DNA of 64,000 nt from Octopus vulgaris (lineage: Eukaryota), in assembly GCA_951406725.2 (NCBI GenBank), contig OX597817.1, forward strand, positions 154,566,001 through 154,630,000, read 5' to 3'. Both the position numbers and the translations under genes were made by a program. Below the pieces are notes generated by a model that saw nothing but the letters and a program-made list of their open reading frames with translations, did no database searches and had not been told where the DNA came from. Shown here in pieces: positions 37,131 to 50,700 of this stretch (position 1 is its first letter; each line of letters starts with the position of its first letter).

Positions 37131-37758
37131 GAGCTATGACCAAAGAGACTGACCAAACCCACTAACCTAATATAAAGGATTGACCTTTCCACGACTAGAG
37201 GAGGTCTCAGAGGTCAAGTCATCCTCATCAATCTCCAAGTGCAGAGAGAAAACAAAACAACAGAAAACAATATAACAATTAATAAGCATGTGGATTTTGA
37301 ATCCTCTAAGCAGTATAGCTGGTCCCTAGATCACTTTTCCTCAAAGATAATATGTCCGAGACAGAGTATCAATACAAGGAAAAATTTCAGGATTGTACAC
37401 TAAGCGAAAATTGAAAAACGCTCAAAATTGTGAAAGTGTAAAGTTACTGGTGGATGTGATGCAAGGCCAAGAAAAATCATGGGTTATATATGTGTGTGTG
37501 TGTGTATGTTTATATGTATGTATGTATGTATGTTTGTATGTATGTATATGAATGTTTACTCATTACTCTTTTACTTGTTTCAGTCATTTGACTGCGGCCA
37601 TGCTGGAGCACCGCCTTTAGTCGAGCAAATCGACCCCGGGACTTATTCTTTGTAAGCCCAGTACTTACTCTATCGGTCTCTTTTGCCGAACTGCTAAGTG
37701 ACGGGGACGTAAACACACCAGCATCGGTTGTCAAGCAATGCTAGGGGGACAAACACAG

Positions 37759-37791
<33 letters not shown>

Positions 37792-38107
37792 CATATATAC
37801 GACAGGCTTCTTTCAGTTTCCGTCTACCAAATCCACTCACAAGGCATTGGTCGACCCGGGGCTATAGCAGAAGACACTTGCCCAAGATGCCACGCAGCGG
37901 GACTGAACCCGGAACCATGTGGTTGGTTAGCAAGCTACTTACCACACAGCCACTCCTGCGCCTGTATACTTTTAATTGGTAACTCAAGTCTGACAACCCC
38001 AAAATTTCATAAAAACCGGTAAACGTTTAAAAGTTTTTATTCTTTACAGATTGTCTTAACACATTTAATAGTGTACATGTTTTTTTAGCCTTTTTTAGGC
38101 CCTTTAA

Positions 38108-38308
38108 CCCTTTAGTATTTAAACCGGCCATATCCGGCCAAAATAGCTAATCTGTTTTATGTTCAAACTGACCAGATCCAGGCTCTCACACCTACCCTAC
38201 AATGTTACACCATCAACATCTTGAAGATATGAGATAATGCATGATTAATTCAAATCAATGGGAATCAATAGGCATTACGTTTGATTGAATAATCTGAACA
38301 CTAAAGGG
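38108..38308. mobile_element. piggyBac-like MITE (partial relative at about 57620-57822)
   Basis: TTAA|CCCTTTAGTATTTA...TGAACACTAAAGGG|TTAA. Confidence 0.75.
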
Positions 38309-39778
38309 TTAAAATTGAAAACTATAAAATCAGCATTTTTAAACTCTAAAGCGAAAAACAATTATACTTTTCGGGTTCCAAAGCCCTTTAAAAGGAAAAA
38401 AAAAAACTGATTTTATAGTTTTGGTACTTTTTAAGCCTTTAGTGTTTAAACCAGCCAAAACCCGTTATATCTAATTCCCGTTACTGAATTCTCATAGCTT
38501 TGAGTTAAAATGAGGGCTTTTCTTCCAGAAATCACAGAATTGTATTTTCTTTCAGAAAGCACAGAACTGGGGGAAAAGTAAAATTAACTGAGGCGGATGT
38601 CAACAGAGAAAATATTGACTTCTATAAAGTGGAAAAAAGAAATGGAAAGAAAAAAGTTGGTAAATATTTCGGTGTGAACGCAAATAGCCGCTGCGTGATT
38701 GCAGGGCATACTAGAAATAGATGCTAAATCTTTCCTTTTACGCGTGATTTTGATGTCATTGTAAAATAACCTGGAAAACAAGAAAAAAAAAGTCCATTGG
38801 TGGGAAACTTCGAGGTCCCCACCACCCCTCCCACCTTTCTTTTCCGGGAAAAGGGGGCTTGCGGCGGGTTTGGCGCTCAGATACGTTGAATGCACTCGAA
38901 AAAATTTGAGGGAAAAAATTATTCCACATCAAAGTACGAAATATTTACCGAAAGAATAAGATCTTGTACTGACAATACCTGCATTTTAATTAATTCAAAT
39001 TAATGTGCTTCATTTTGAAAAGTGGCAAAATTTTTGTTGGTTGCCATCTGGGATAATTTTACAAACAAATCAAACAAATAAGACGCATTATTAATTCAAT
39101 TTTAGTGTTTATCCATCAAGCTATAGCCGTTACACCTGTTAATTAAATTTACCTGCCCATACCTGCCAGCCTCGCCTGGCCCCCGTGCCGGTGGCACGTA
39201 AAAAGCACCATCCGTCTGTGGCCGTTTGCCAGCTCCATCTGGCACCTGTGCGGGTGGCACGTAAAAAGCACCCACTACACTCACGGAGTGGTTGGCGTTA
39301 GGAAGGGCATCCAGCCGTAGAAACACTGCCAGATCAGACTGGGCCTGATGCAGCCTTCTGGCTTCACAGACCCCAGTTGAACCGTCCAACCCATGCTAGC
39401 ATGGAAAGCGGATGCTAAATGATGATGATGATGATGATGATGATAAAAGTCAAATTTACTCAGCAAAATTAGCTAAAATTGCATACCAATAAACCAGTGG
39501 TATATAATGCATCCACAGACAAAATTTCAAATCTGTATGTAAAAAATTTACAAAGTCACAAGCAAATATTATGGACACCCCTCTTGAACCTGAATAATTC
39601 AAAATAACATGAACAAATAAGCATTACATGAACATTGAAGATATTAACACTAAAGATTCTTAGTGTGTTACACACACACAATAAGAATCCATAAATATGA
39701 AAAAAATGAACTCGTATATTTGTCAATAGAGTGGGTAAATTCATTGAAATATACAATATTATATATCCTTTACGGCTG

Positions 39779-39861
39779 ATCTTACCAATCGATTTCGCAC
39801 TAGGGGTTCAACGGAGTGTTAGGTAACAGTCCGATTATGTAACCATGTGCTCTTCAGAGAT
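39779..39861 (-). ncRNA. Hammerhead ribozyme motif
   Basis: Minus strand reads ATCT-CTGAAGA-GCAC...GTGC-GAAATC-GATT-GGTA-AGAT; all three helices pair. Confidence 0.75.
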
Positions 39862-40021
39862 GGCAGTTATGGAATGAAATAAGGTGACTGCTCTCTATTG
39901 TTGGAGATGGACAGACGAATAGGGTTTGCGGTTGCGAGGCAACAAGTGTTTTCTGGAAAAAAGTACATGGGTAATGTGTATTTATGTTAGGGTTGGTGTT
40001 CTTATAGAAATGGAATGTATG

Positions 40022-40093
<72 letters not shown>

Positions 40094-42612
40094 GTATATG
40101 TATCAGAGCAAGGGATTGGAAAAATATTGGTTTCTGATTCATTCACAAAGACAACATAAGCATTTTTAAAACTCATTAAAAACTAAACAAAATATTATAT
40201 CTACTCAAGGCACACAAATCTCTGTAAAATAAATATTTTCAATTACAATTTATTTTGTTTATTTTGACTGCAAAATTACATCAAAATAACAGTCAATGTA
40301 CAGACAAATCAGAAACTAAAAAAATATATTGGTCGATGGACTGTAAAAGGGCCACATTTGATAGTAAAGATCAAGAACCACCAACAACATAAAAAGTGAA
40401 AAATTAAAATGCAAGAAAACAATGAAGCAAAAATATAAAATGACTTTGATGTCAAAACAGACCACATTACATAGAACAGCAGAAAAATTCATATTGTGGT
40501 TGATGTTATAAAAAAATACAATTATTTTATAACTGACGTTACTATATCAAAAGACATCAATATTGCCCACCACCAACACCATAAAGAAAATCGATAAATT
40601 CTCGGAACTTGGGTTTCGATTAAGCTGATTTCTGAGTATTTCTGGTACTTATTTTATCTGTTTCTTTATTACCCACAAGGGGCTAAACATAGAGGGGACA
40701 AACAAGGACAAACAAACGGATTAAGTCGATTACATCGACCCCCAGTGCGTAACTGGTACTTAATTTATCGACCCCGAAGGGATGAAAGGCAAAGTCGACC
40801 TCGGCAGAATTTGAACTCAGAACGTAACGGCAGACGAAATACGGCTACGCATTTCTCCCGGCGTGCTAATGGTTCTGCCAGCTCGCCGCCTTTCTGGTAC
40901 TTATTTTAGTGACTCAATTGTGATGATAGGCATAGTCCCTTTCCATGGAATTTGAACCTAGAAGTTTCGGAGATGAAACTAATTATAGTTATTTAGTTTA
41001 GTGTTCTACCGTTTATTTTGTTTTCTTTATTTATTTATCTTATTGGTCATTGAGCCTGATATATTTTTAGAGAAAAGGAAATAAGGATTTGCGACTCTAT
41101 AGTCTTTCCCAAGTCTAAAACTTATTATTCCCCCTCAGCTCCTATCATCCAGTTCTTTTAAATATTGATTTCTGATTTGTGAATCTTTGTGATTTGTGAA
41201 CCCTTTAGTGTCACAATTTTAAGGAAGATGTTATAGTTGATTACATTTATCCAATGCTTACTGGTATTTCATTATATCAACCACCACAGAAATTAAAATC
41301 AGAATGGAGAAAAACACAAGTAAATACAGCAAGGCACTGTCACTGTTGTTCGACTGATTCTGTTAATCCATCACCTTTTGATGGCATAGTACAGCATATC
41401 TTAGAAGACAAATAATAGCTATAGAACAAAAATAAGAGTTGGATAGCCCCAAGTCAGCTTCGTTCGAGAAAACATCTGATTTAAAAGTAGCTGGCTGAAT
41501 GACTAAATGTGGTCCATAGATCTTTTGCCTCGGATTCAATACCTTGCTTCCTTTTAAACTGATATTATATTGCATAATCAGTGGTTAATCGTGTAAGGTG
41601 CAATATGATATGTCCAATATATACGCATGTAGATTACGCTGATGGACATAACAGAGGCAGATTAAGTGGATGCGGCGAAAGCGCGACGGTTTCTCTAACT
41701 AGCATAATGTTTAGTGGGTAGGTGAGCTGATGAGTTTAATGATGCTACACTTTTTGTGTTCTTTTTATGCTGGGTGGATGGACCGAGCGGGAGATATTGT
41801 ATTTAAGATGGTGTTATAATAAAGTTATGAAATACTATGGTTGTGTATTAGATGTTTGATGGTGATTATATATGGTGTAGGAGCAATTGTGAACATTGGA
41901 GCTTACAGCAGCAATAACCTGTGCCCCTCGTATGTCTAGGCGCTCGTTAGATTTTAGTTTTTTTCTTCTTTTCTTTTTGTGAATTTAACGACAAGTGTAG
42001 ATGTAAACTGTCGGTGAACCAAATTTGCATCTCTGTTTTGTTTCCTGTTTGGAATTACATCATTTCGCTTACACTCCTAGTGTCAAAGGGAAATAGTAAA
42101 TCGATCAGATCTTATCAAGGTGAAAAAATAAAACTCGTAGCAATACTCACTTATATTGATGGTTGTCTTGTAGTGATGCTTCAGTGATGGTTAGTTTCTC
42201 CGAACCATATAAAATGTACAGCTTTTGTGGTGATGATCTTTCTGAACAATCTTAATGAATGAATTGATACATGTGGTAAATTCATTATTTATATCGTTAC
42301 TGCTGTTGGTTTAAAAAGAACTTACCTAGAAACAGTCATGCTTGACTTGTTGCTTATTCATTCGTAAGCAGCATCAAAAAGAAAATACAAATCTCCTTAT
42401 ATTACATAAACATGCATATTTCTATCACATGTCTCTATCGATTGAATACTTAACCGATATACAGAAAAAAAGAGGTTTGGATTAAAAAGGAATTTTTTTA
42501 AATCGTTAAAATTTTTTCTCTGAAATACGATAACAAGAATCGGTTGATTGACATGTATTGAAGGTATAGCAGTTGTGACGTTCATACTGTTCATGATGTC
42601 AATAGTAACATA

Positions 42613-43374
42613 CCGTAAATCCTCGAGTATAATCCGCATTTTTTCCCCAAAATTTAACGGCCAAAACCCCTAGTGCGTATTATACACGAGGTTAAATGAA
42701 AATATTTTCTAAGCAATGTTCGAGTCTCTGTTTGCTGTCCGGCAATGTTTATTCAGACGCATTTTGTGATATCGGGCGTGAAAATATCTTAAGCTAAGCC
42801 TGAAAGCAATGAAGTCATAAAAGAATCATCCATAACTTGCAGTAAGCAACGTTTATTAAACGTTATTACTGTTACTTCTTTATTTTCTGCAAACAAAATG
42901 CACAAAAATGCTACACGTTTGCATTATGTTATATATATATAATAATAATAAAGGATGTTACCGTCTACGTTTTTACAAACCAAGGACATTATATAGACCC
43001 CCTTGACTCAAGTTAGAGAAGGGGTGCGTATTATACACAACATTTAGGTTTTTCAGAGGTACAGCCCCCTAAAAGTCTCCTGCATATTATATGTTTCTTT
43101 ATTACCCACAAGGGGCTAAACACAGAGAAGACAAACAAGGACAAACAAACGGATTAAGTCGATTACATTGACCCCTGTGCGTAACTGGTACTTAATTTAT
43201 CAACCCCGAAAGGGTGAAAGGCAAAGTCGACCTTGGCGGAATTTGAACTCAGAACGTAACGGCAGACGAAATACAGCTACGCATTTCGCCCGGCGTGCTA
43301 ACGGTTCTGCCAGCTCGCCGCCTTAGTCCCCTGCATATCATACTCAAGGGCGGACTATACTCGAGGATTTACGG
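42613..43374. mobile_element. Tc2/pogo-like MITE with a nested SINE (43092-43323)
   Basis: TA|CCGTAAATCCTCGAGTATAATCCGC ... GCGGACTATACTCGAGGATTTACGG|TA. The SINE is flanked by a duplicated AGTCYCCTGCATATYATA. Confidence 0.85.
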
Positions 43375-43699
43375 TATGTAAATTGCTATAACCGCGGAAA
43401 TCGAACCTAGACGTTAACTTTTTCGTCTGCGGTTAATCCATTATTCTACGATGCTCAAAACTGACAAAAACAACATTGAATAAAGAAGTGTAAATTATAT
43501 CATTTATCACTGCAATCGACCCCGTTGGATGCATACAGATTAGGGTTCCAGTTTGAGAATAAGTTCCTGTTTTTCTGCCAATTGTCTCGGGGCTCTGAAA
43601 CAGAATAAGAACACTGCATTTGCTCTTCTTAAAAAGCCTTATTAAAATAATAAGCCAAAAAAAAAAAAGAATGAATTTTCATTATCATAATATTATTAT

Positions 43700-44132
43700 T
43701 TGGGCAATCTTTCGTCTCTAGTAGACCTTTCCGTCGATTTCCGTAAAAAAATTTTTTTTTTCACATATGGGCTTGCGGGAACTTTTGAAGTAATGAGAGT
43801 GAAAGAGACTAAGAGAAAGCGATTGTATGACGAGGGAAATTCTTTTGAAGTTACCGTGCACGGGAAGCATTGATGTACATGTGTGTGTGTGTGTGTGTTT
43901 GATGGGGTGTGGGAGACAGAAAGTATGTTGTGTAAGTGAAGTGCTTCTGTTAGTGTGTGTGAAGAGACAGAGTAATGTGTGAAAGAAAGAGATAACTGAA
44001 ATTTTTTACTCGGTGTATGTGTATATGTATGTATATTACTTCAAAAGTTCCCGCAAGCCCATATGTAAAGAAAAAATATTTTTTTACGGAAATCGACGGA
44101 AAGGTCTACTAGAGACGAAAGATCGCCATTAT
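43700..44132. repeat. Inverted repeat (about 95-bp arms) around a GT/GA-rich spacer
   Basis: GGCAATCTTTCGTCTCTAGTAGACC...ACTTTTGAAGTAAT is mirrored at 44035-44128. Confidence 0.8.
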
Positions 44133-44439
44133 TTGAAATGTGTACATTTATCTTATGACCTCAAGCGAAACGTTTTTCCGAGAAAAATTATGATATCGCA
44201 ATTACAATAATTATGTTAACTCAAGCGGTCCTAGTATTATTTCATTTATAATTCGTAATAACGATAATAAAATTTACCTTCCTATTATTATCCCTCTGGA
44301 TCGCATAGTCACTACTAAGTAATTAGTGCTAATGAATGACCGTACTAATAGTAAGGTTATTCACTTGTTTTTATTAGCATACATACATACATGCATACAT
44401 ACATACATACATACATACATACATACATACATACATACA

Positions 44440-44470
<31 letters not shown>

Positions 44471-45182
44471 GTGCGCATGTGTGTGACTTATCTAGCCCAT
44501 CTACTAACCACCTCTTTAATCCAGTATTCTCTAAATGCCATTTGTAATCATTGCAAAATTAAACCCACGAGGACTATTTAGGCAACTTGGGATGAAGGTC
44601 AGTTTCTATGTAATTTAGAAAGTCACCAGAATTTCCTCAATTCTTCTTCACAAGATGCCGAGATACATGTAGCCTAAAGTTATATATTTAACCCTTTGCC
44701 TAAACGTCCTTGCTTGTTTTCAAACTTTTATTTCATACGTTTTGAGTAATATAACGCATTCTTTTCATAAGTCTCTAGTTACCCAGGTGGTTGAAAAAAA
44801 ATTAGGAATATATATCACATATCATGTATGGACGCCAGACGAATAAGTCCTGTGAATCACATATGATACGCAGGATGGGCAAAGATTAAAACATCTCGTT
44901 TGCATTACCCAGTAAGATCAGTTCAGATATGCATTCAAGAAATCCATTGATTATCTGTCAGATAATCAATGTTTAGGCAGATTATCTGACAAATAATTCA
45001 TTAATTATCTGACAGATAATTCATTGATTATCTGTCAGATAATCTGCCTAAACAGATGTGTGACGCTTTTATCCAATCCCCTATTTGCTAATCCTTCCAC
45101 AATCTCAATATAATAATTGTTTCTGACGAAGGCATAAGGGCTAAAATTTGAGGAGGGTTAAGCAATATCATCGCCCTTAATA

Positions 45183-45412
45183 GGTGGCGAGCTGGCAGAA
45201 ACAGTAGCACACCAGGCGAAATGCGTAGCCGTATTTCGTCTGCCTTAGGTTCTGAGTTCAAATTCCGCCGAGGTCGACTTTGCCTTTCATCCTTTCGGGG
45301 TCGATTAAATAAGTACCAGTTACACACTGGAGTCGATGTAATCGACTTAATCCGTTTGTCTGTCCTTGTTTGTCTCCTCTGTGTTTAGCCCCTTGTGGGT
45401 AGTAAAGAAATA
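45183..45412 (+). mobile_element. tRNA-derived SINE family C. Other copies: 5334-5531-, 12605-12820+, 14896-15125-, 15472-15702+, 30855-31080-, 31930-32207-, 40660-40890-, 43092-43323-, 46910-47105-
   Basis: GGCGGCGAGCTGGCAGAA...GAGTTCAAATTCCGCCGAGGTCGACTTTGCCTTTCATCCTTTCGGGGTCGAT recurs across the window. Confidence 0.85.
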
Positions 45413-48400
45413 AATATCATCGCCCTTAATAACTTCAGTGCTTGACGGATATTTTATTTTATTGACTCTGAAAGAATGAAAGGCAAAACTGATCAAGGCG
45501 GGATTTGAACTCAGAGCTTAAAGCGATGCAGTTAATTACCGCCAGGTATTTTGTCCTAAGCGCTTTTCATTCTGCCATTCTTCGACCTTGCCTCAGTATA
45601 GTAACTGTTTCTTAACATAAGCACAAATAGGGAACATACTATTGTATCATTCCCACTACATGACTAGTACTTTATTTTATCAACTCCAACTCATTACCCG
45701 GAAGGATGAAAGACTAAGTTGACCTCGACAGAACTTGAACTTAGAATGTAAAGAATTGGAATAAGATCTTCTAAGCATTCCGTTCCATATTCTTCTGATT
45801 CTGTCCTTCATCTTTTCAGTCAAGTCTGTAACACATAGTGCCAATTAGGTACTTGAGGTGACTAGGAGTGATGGTACCGACTAAACTACTCCCACAGATT
45901 TAAGGACTTATGCCTATACTGGAAACAACTATTGCACTGTGATTGTGAAATAAGGGAATTTTATGAGACAGAAAAATTACAGCGACTGGATTAGCGAGCT
46001 AAATAAACGGGGATTAATGGTGAAACTAAATAGAGTTTTAAATTATGGGTAAGTGTGGATTAAAATGAAAATTTAAGTAAGACTCATTTAGCTTTTAATA
46101 AGAAACCAATCAATCAACATTGTACGCTTATGTAAATGAAACATACCTAGTATGATATTCAGTTTTAATAAATAACCTTCCTCTGCATCTTGATATCTTG
46201 AGTGAATCCTGATGACTTGTTAAATCACATCAAAACTGATTTTTATCCCAAGCTGCCAAAATGGTCCTCATGGGATGGCTTGTTAAATTACAAAAAACTG
46301 GTTGGTCAATCTCCATCCTATGTCATCCAAATGGTCCTTGTGGTATGGTAGTGGTATTAAAAACACACTAGAAAATGCCAGATTAGAGAAATGGTTACCA
46401 ACCCTTTTAACGCAGAAATTGGATATAACTGCTCAAAATTTTATCATTGCTAGGTTTTGAAAAAAATCTTTCTTTGTTCTGTGAAAGCGGAGACACTCTC
46501 AGTGATACTTTTTACTAAATATAGTTTTTCAGATCAATTTTTTCGCATATTTTATCAAATATCTCTTTAGAGAGCAAGAATCAAATACTTTTAGAAGCAA
46601 AAAATATCAATTCTGTCTTTAATAGGTGGATAATTAACATCATTATGATAAATTTAATTATGCAGCTTAAATAAACCTTACGCTCATCAGAGTGTCTACA
46701 CAAAAAACCGATGTAATAACAAAAAAAGAACTGATCTTGTAACATTATATATTGACAACAAACAAATACTTAGGCAAATGCTAACATATGAATATAAAAA
46801 ATCCAGAAAATATGTTTTTACCTATCAAAACAGTGCCTGAAATGTAAAGAAAAAAATCATTAATGTAGATGGTAATTTTTGTTAAAAGTTAAGAGAAACA
46901 ACTCTAAAATATTGGTTTCAAATTTTGGTACATAACCAGCAGGTTCAGGGGAGTGGGAGATCGATTACATCGATCCCAGTGCTCAACTGGTACTTATTTT
47001 ATCGACCCTAAAAGGATTGAAGCCAAAGTCGACCCTCGGCGGAATTTGAATTCAGAGCGTAAAAACGGATGTGTTGCAGCTAAGCATTTTGTCCAACATG
47101 CAGACGATTAATTAAAAACTGGAAGCATGCAGTGTCTCGGGGAGAGCTTGATCTTAGATGAGTAATAAGGTGACTTGACCATACAAAGTGTAAGCTTTAA
47201 TGGTTGGTGAGATTCAAAGACAGATGTACAAGGCTGGAAACAAAAATCCATGATATTATTTCGATGGATCGGAAAGTGCTCGTGATTTCAGATTTCAAAT
47301 AGATTTCTTTTTTCTTTTACTTGTTTCAGTCATGACTACAGCCTTGAAGGTTTTTTAGTCGAACGAATCGACCTCAATACTTTTTTTTTTTAATCTGGTA
47401 CTTACATATTCTATATGTTTCCTCAGCCGAAATGCTAGTTACGGTAACAGACAAACCAACACCAATTATTAAGCAGTGTTGGGGGAAAACATAAACACAA
47501 AGACACATACGCACGCACACACATGCACGTGAACACACATGCATGCACACACACACACGTTGGACGTTTTTTAGTTTCCGTCAACCAAATCTACTCATAA
47601 GGCTTTGGCAGGCCTGAGGCTATCGTAGAAGACACTTATTGGAGGTGTCATGCAATTGGACTGAACACAGAACCAGGCCTGTTCCAATGATGTATGAAGC
47701 CTTTCGGTGCTCTCAGTTGAAAGATCGAAAGATCAACATATGTCATGTTGATGGAGAAGGTCTAAAAGCAAAAACAAAAACAAACATTGACATTAATGGG
47801 AAAAGCTTTGATGAGTTCCTCTCCAAATCTTCCCAATATAGACTATTAATACAAATTGCTTTTGTAATGGAACTGGTTAATTCTTTACACTGTTCGGGTG
47901 CAACCAATTTCCTTTCTTTAATTTCCAGAAACTACCAGTCAGGAACAAGAACGCAACCTTAAAAATATATATACTCTTTATTTCTTATTTACAAAAGAAG
48001 TACGTTGATATATTGGTATCCACTTGGTTCGATATAGCAAGGCTGAATTTTAATATTTGTAAGATTCTTACAACAAATTCAGCAGCAACAGAGCAGGTCA
48101 AATTCTAAGCGTCTGGGACAGGAGAATAGGCTGATCACACATTGAACACGTCCTTTCTCCTCAATAGCCGTGTCTCAAGTCAATGACACTAACAAGGAAC
48201 GCGATAGAATTTTCTTCCCCAGTCTCTTGCGCATGTGCATGAGGGAACTTCCTTAGGCCTTTCCAGAAGGTTCCAGCCCTGCACACGCACACTGAAGAAT
48301 GACGTTCCGCACACGCACACTTAAGAATGACGTTGCGTGTGCGCACACTGGAAAATGATGTCACTACACTTTGCAGACATATAGAAAATTAAAAGCAAAA

Positions 48401-48574
48401 CTTTTTTCATTTGATTGGGAATTTTAGAAAACCGCCATATCGAAATGCTTTGCAAAGACCTTATAAAACTTCTCGCTTAATTAAGAAGGCTGAATCAAAC
48501 TGACATTCTATAGGATCAATGTTAGTGATCCCTCTCGTACTCTTTTTCTTTTCTATCGCCGACAACGTGACTAA

Positions 48575-48775
48575 CCTCAAAATCTGGTGGATAAATGTGC
48601 GCAGCCTAGGAATCAGTTTGGAAGTATGATCACTTGATAAACGACCTCAGGCTGCTTGATACAGATGTGATGGCCATTAACGAGACCAAAACCTCTGGAA
48701 CTCATGCACTTGTGCCCCTTTCCGGTGACCGTGAGATATTTTCATTTCGTGCTCTATTGGGATCGAGAGGTGGTT
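48575..48775 (+). mobile_element. Degenerate LINE endonuclease N-terminus fragment
   Basis: LKIWWINVRSLG ... LRLLDTDVMAINETK across a frameshift. Confidence 0.5.
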
Positions 48776-50057
48776 AGTGATATGAACCGGGTTGTGATAA
48801 CACTGCTGAGAAGGGATGACAGCAAAAGGCAAGTCCTACTGGAGACACACACAGACGCACATGTACACATATACACTTACACACACACACACCTGAGTTC
48901 TGAGTATATTTGGTAGAGTCCACCCAATTGCAAGTTCTCGGACCAAGTTTCGATATCTTGGTTTGGTGCTACCTGCCACAGAAAACTATGAGCTGCAGTT
49001 ATTTCATTTTTTTCCATAAAACCTCGAATATCTTTGAAAAAAAGTCATGGATATCACTAATCTTGCTACTCTACTAGTCATAAAAACAGTTTAACCGTAG
49101 AGAAAGATAGCATTGCTACTGAGTCGTTTGTCAAACTAAGTCCAAGGAAAAGATATCGTAGACAACAACGATGATATTAAGAATGTATATAAAGTCCGAA
49201 ATGAATTGTAGAAATTGTTCAGCAGAACGACTTGTTGATGCCTGATCGAGTTGAGCTATTACCAAAGATGTCCTAACTCTGGTCACTTTTGTCTGTTATT
49301 TTTCGGGCATACCCTGTATAGGATACATAATTCATTGTATATTCTTGGAAAAACTGCTGGGGGCAATTTTCAGGAAAATTAATTGCTATAAACAGAACTT
49401 GAAGCGACAGCGTACAGGTTCCACATTGATTGATTGCTAATTGTCATTTGTAGAGGCTCTTAATGTCAATATCGATCATTATTTATGTGATCGCAAATGC
49501 GTATTTTTATGTTTTTATGTATATTAATTTTTTTTAAACAAAAACAGGCTTGCAAGACGTGACAAAAATCATTAACTGTTTATATCTATGAAGGAATATT
49601 ATTTCCATAAGCTTCAGAACAACATCATACCTGGTAAAAAGTATAGGAAACTCAAGATAATTCACAGAAATGGTAAATGTTTTTTATTGGTTTGTCCTGG
49701 AGGAAAAGAGCTGTACCCAAAACCGTTACAGGTCCTCTTTGAGCTGTGAGATTGTAGTGGCTCATATTCCTCTTAAACATTTGAAAGTTGAGCTGAAAGG
49801 AAAAGTATGTGCTGGAGGATATCAACGGGATGACCTTGTAGAGAGGAAGAACTGGCGTAGTGCAGGAAACGGTGTGGGGAATACACAATAATGGATGGAA
49901 GGAAAACAGATGTGGGAATTTGGATTGCACGTAACAAGCTATATCCAAGGAGCAGAGCTCATTGAAGTAACTGTGGGTAGAGGCAGGAATGTGTTGGGGA
50001 GTAGCTTCATACTGAAGAGTCGACTGTCGTTTCTTTGGATGTCATCGTGGAGATCGC

Positions 50058-50700
50058 GGATCTTTTCCTTTTGAACGGCAGTTTTCAACACAATTTCTAG
50101 TTAACTAAACACTTTTAAACTTCATATACTGGTAGAATGTGTTTATAAAACATCATTTTTTCTTGGCTTTATTGAGAAAATTTTATATGTTGTAACATAT
50201 TTCGACTTTAATTTCGAGCATTTCGGCAATTTTAACCAATCGCTGACCTCCATTGACATAAACAACATTCCGTGTTGTATTTCATTTGACACTGCTAGAA
50301 AAAAATCCCATTTTCTGTGGCGGTATCGTATGAAATTGTCACCCATAATTATAACCCTAGTATCGATATATTGCCTTTCAATCAATTTTAGGGTTAGGGT
50401 TAGAGTTATGGTTAGGGGTGGGGGAAGGGTATGGTTTTTCCTTCGCAAATGTAAATAAATTCAATCTGTTTCTTAAAAGACGGACATATTCATACAGCAC
50501 AGAATGTTGTTTATGTCAATGGAGGTCAGCAATTGGTTAAAATTGCCGAAATGCTCGAAATTAAAGTCGAAATATGTTACAACATATAGAATTTTCTCAA
50601 TAAAGCCAAGAAAAAATGATGTTTTATAAACACATTCTACCAGTATACGAAGTTTAAAAGTGTTTAGTTAACTAAACTGCTGTTCAAAAGGAAAAGATCC
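50058..50700. mobile_element. Merlin-like MITE with about 200-bp TIRs and an 8-bp TSD
   Basis: GAGATCGC|GGATCTTTTCCTTTTGAAC ... GTTCAAAAGGAAAAGATCC|GAGATCGC. GG...CC ends with an 8-bp TSD fit the Merlin superfamily. Confidence 0.8.

Noticed and set aside
43700-44132. Hammerhead in this inverted repeat (CGACGGAAAGGTC...GACGAAAGATCG)
   Set aside because: The core does not match CUGANGA and the helices could not be closed convincingly.
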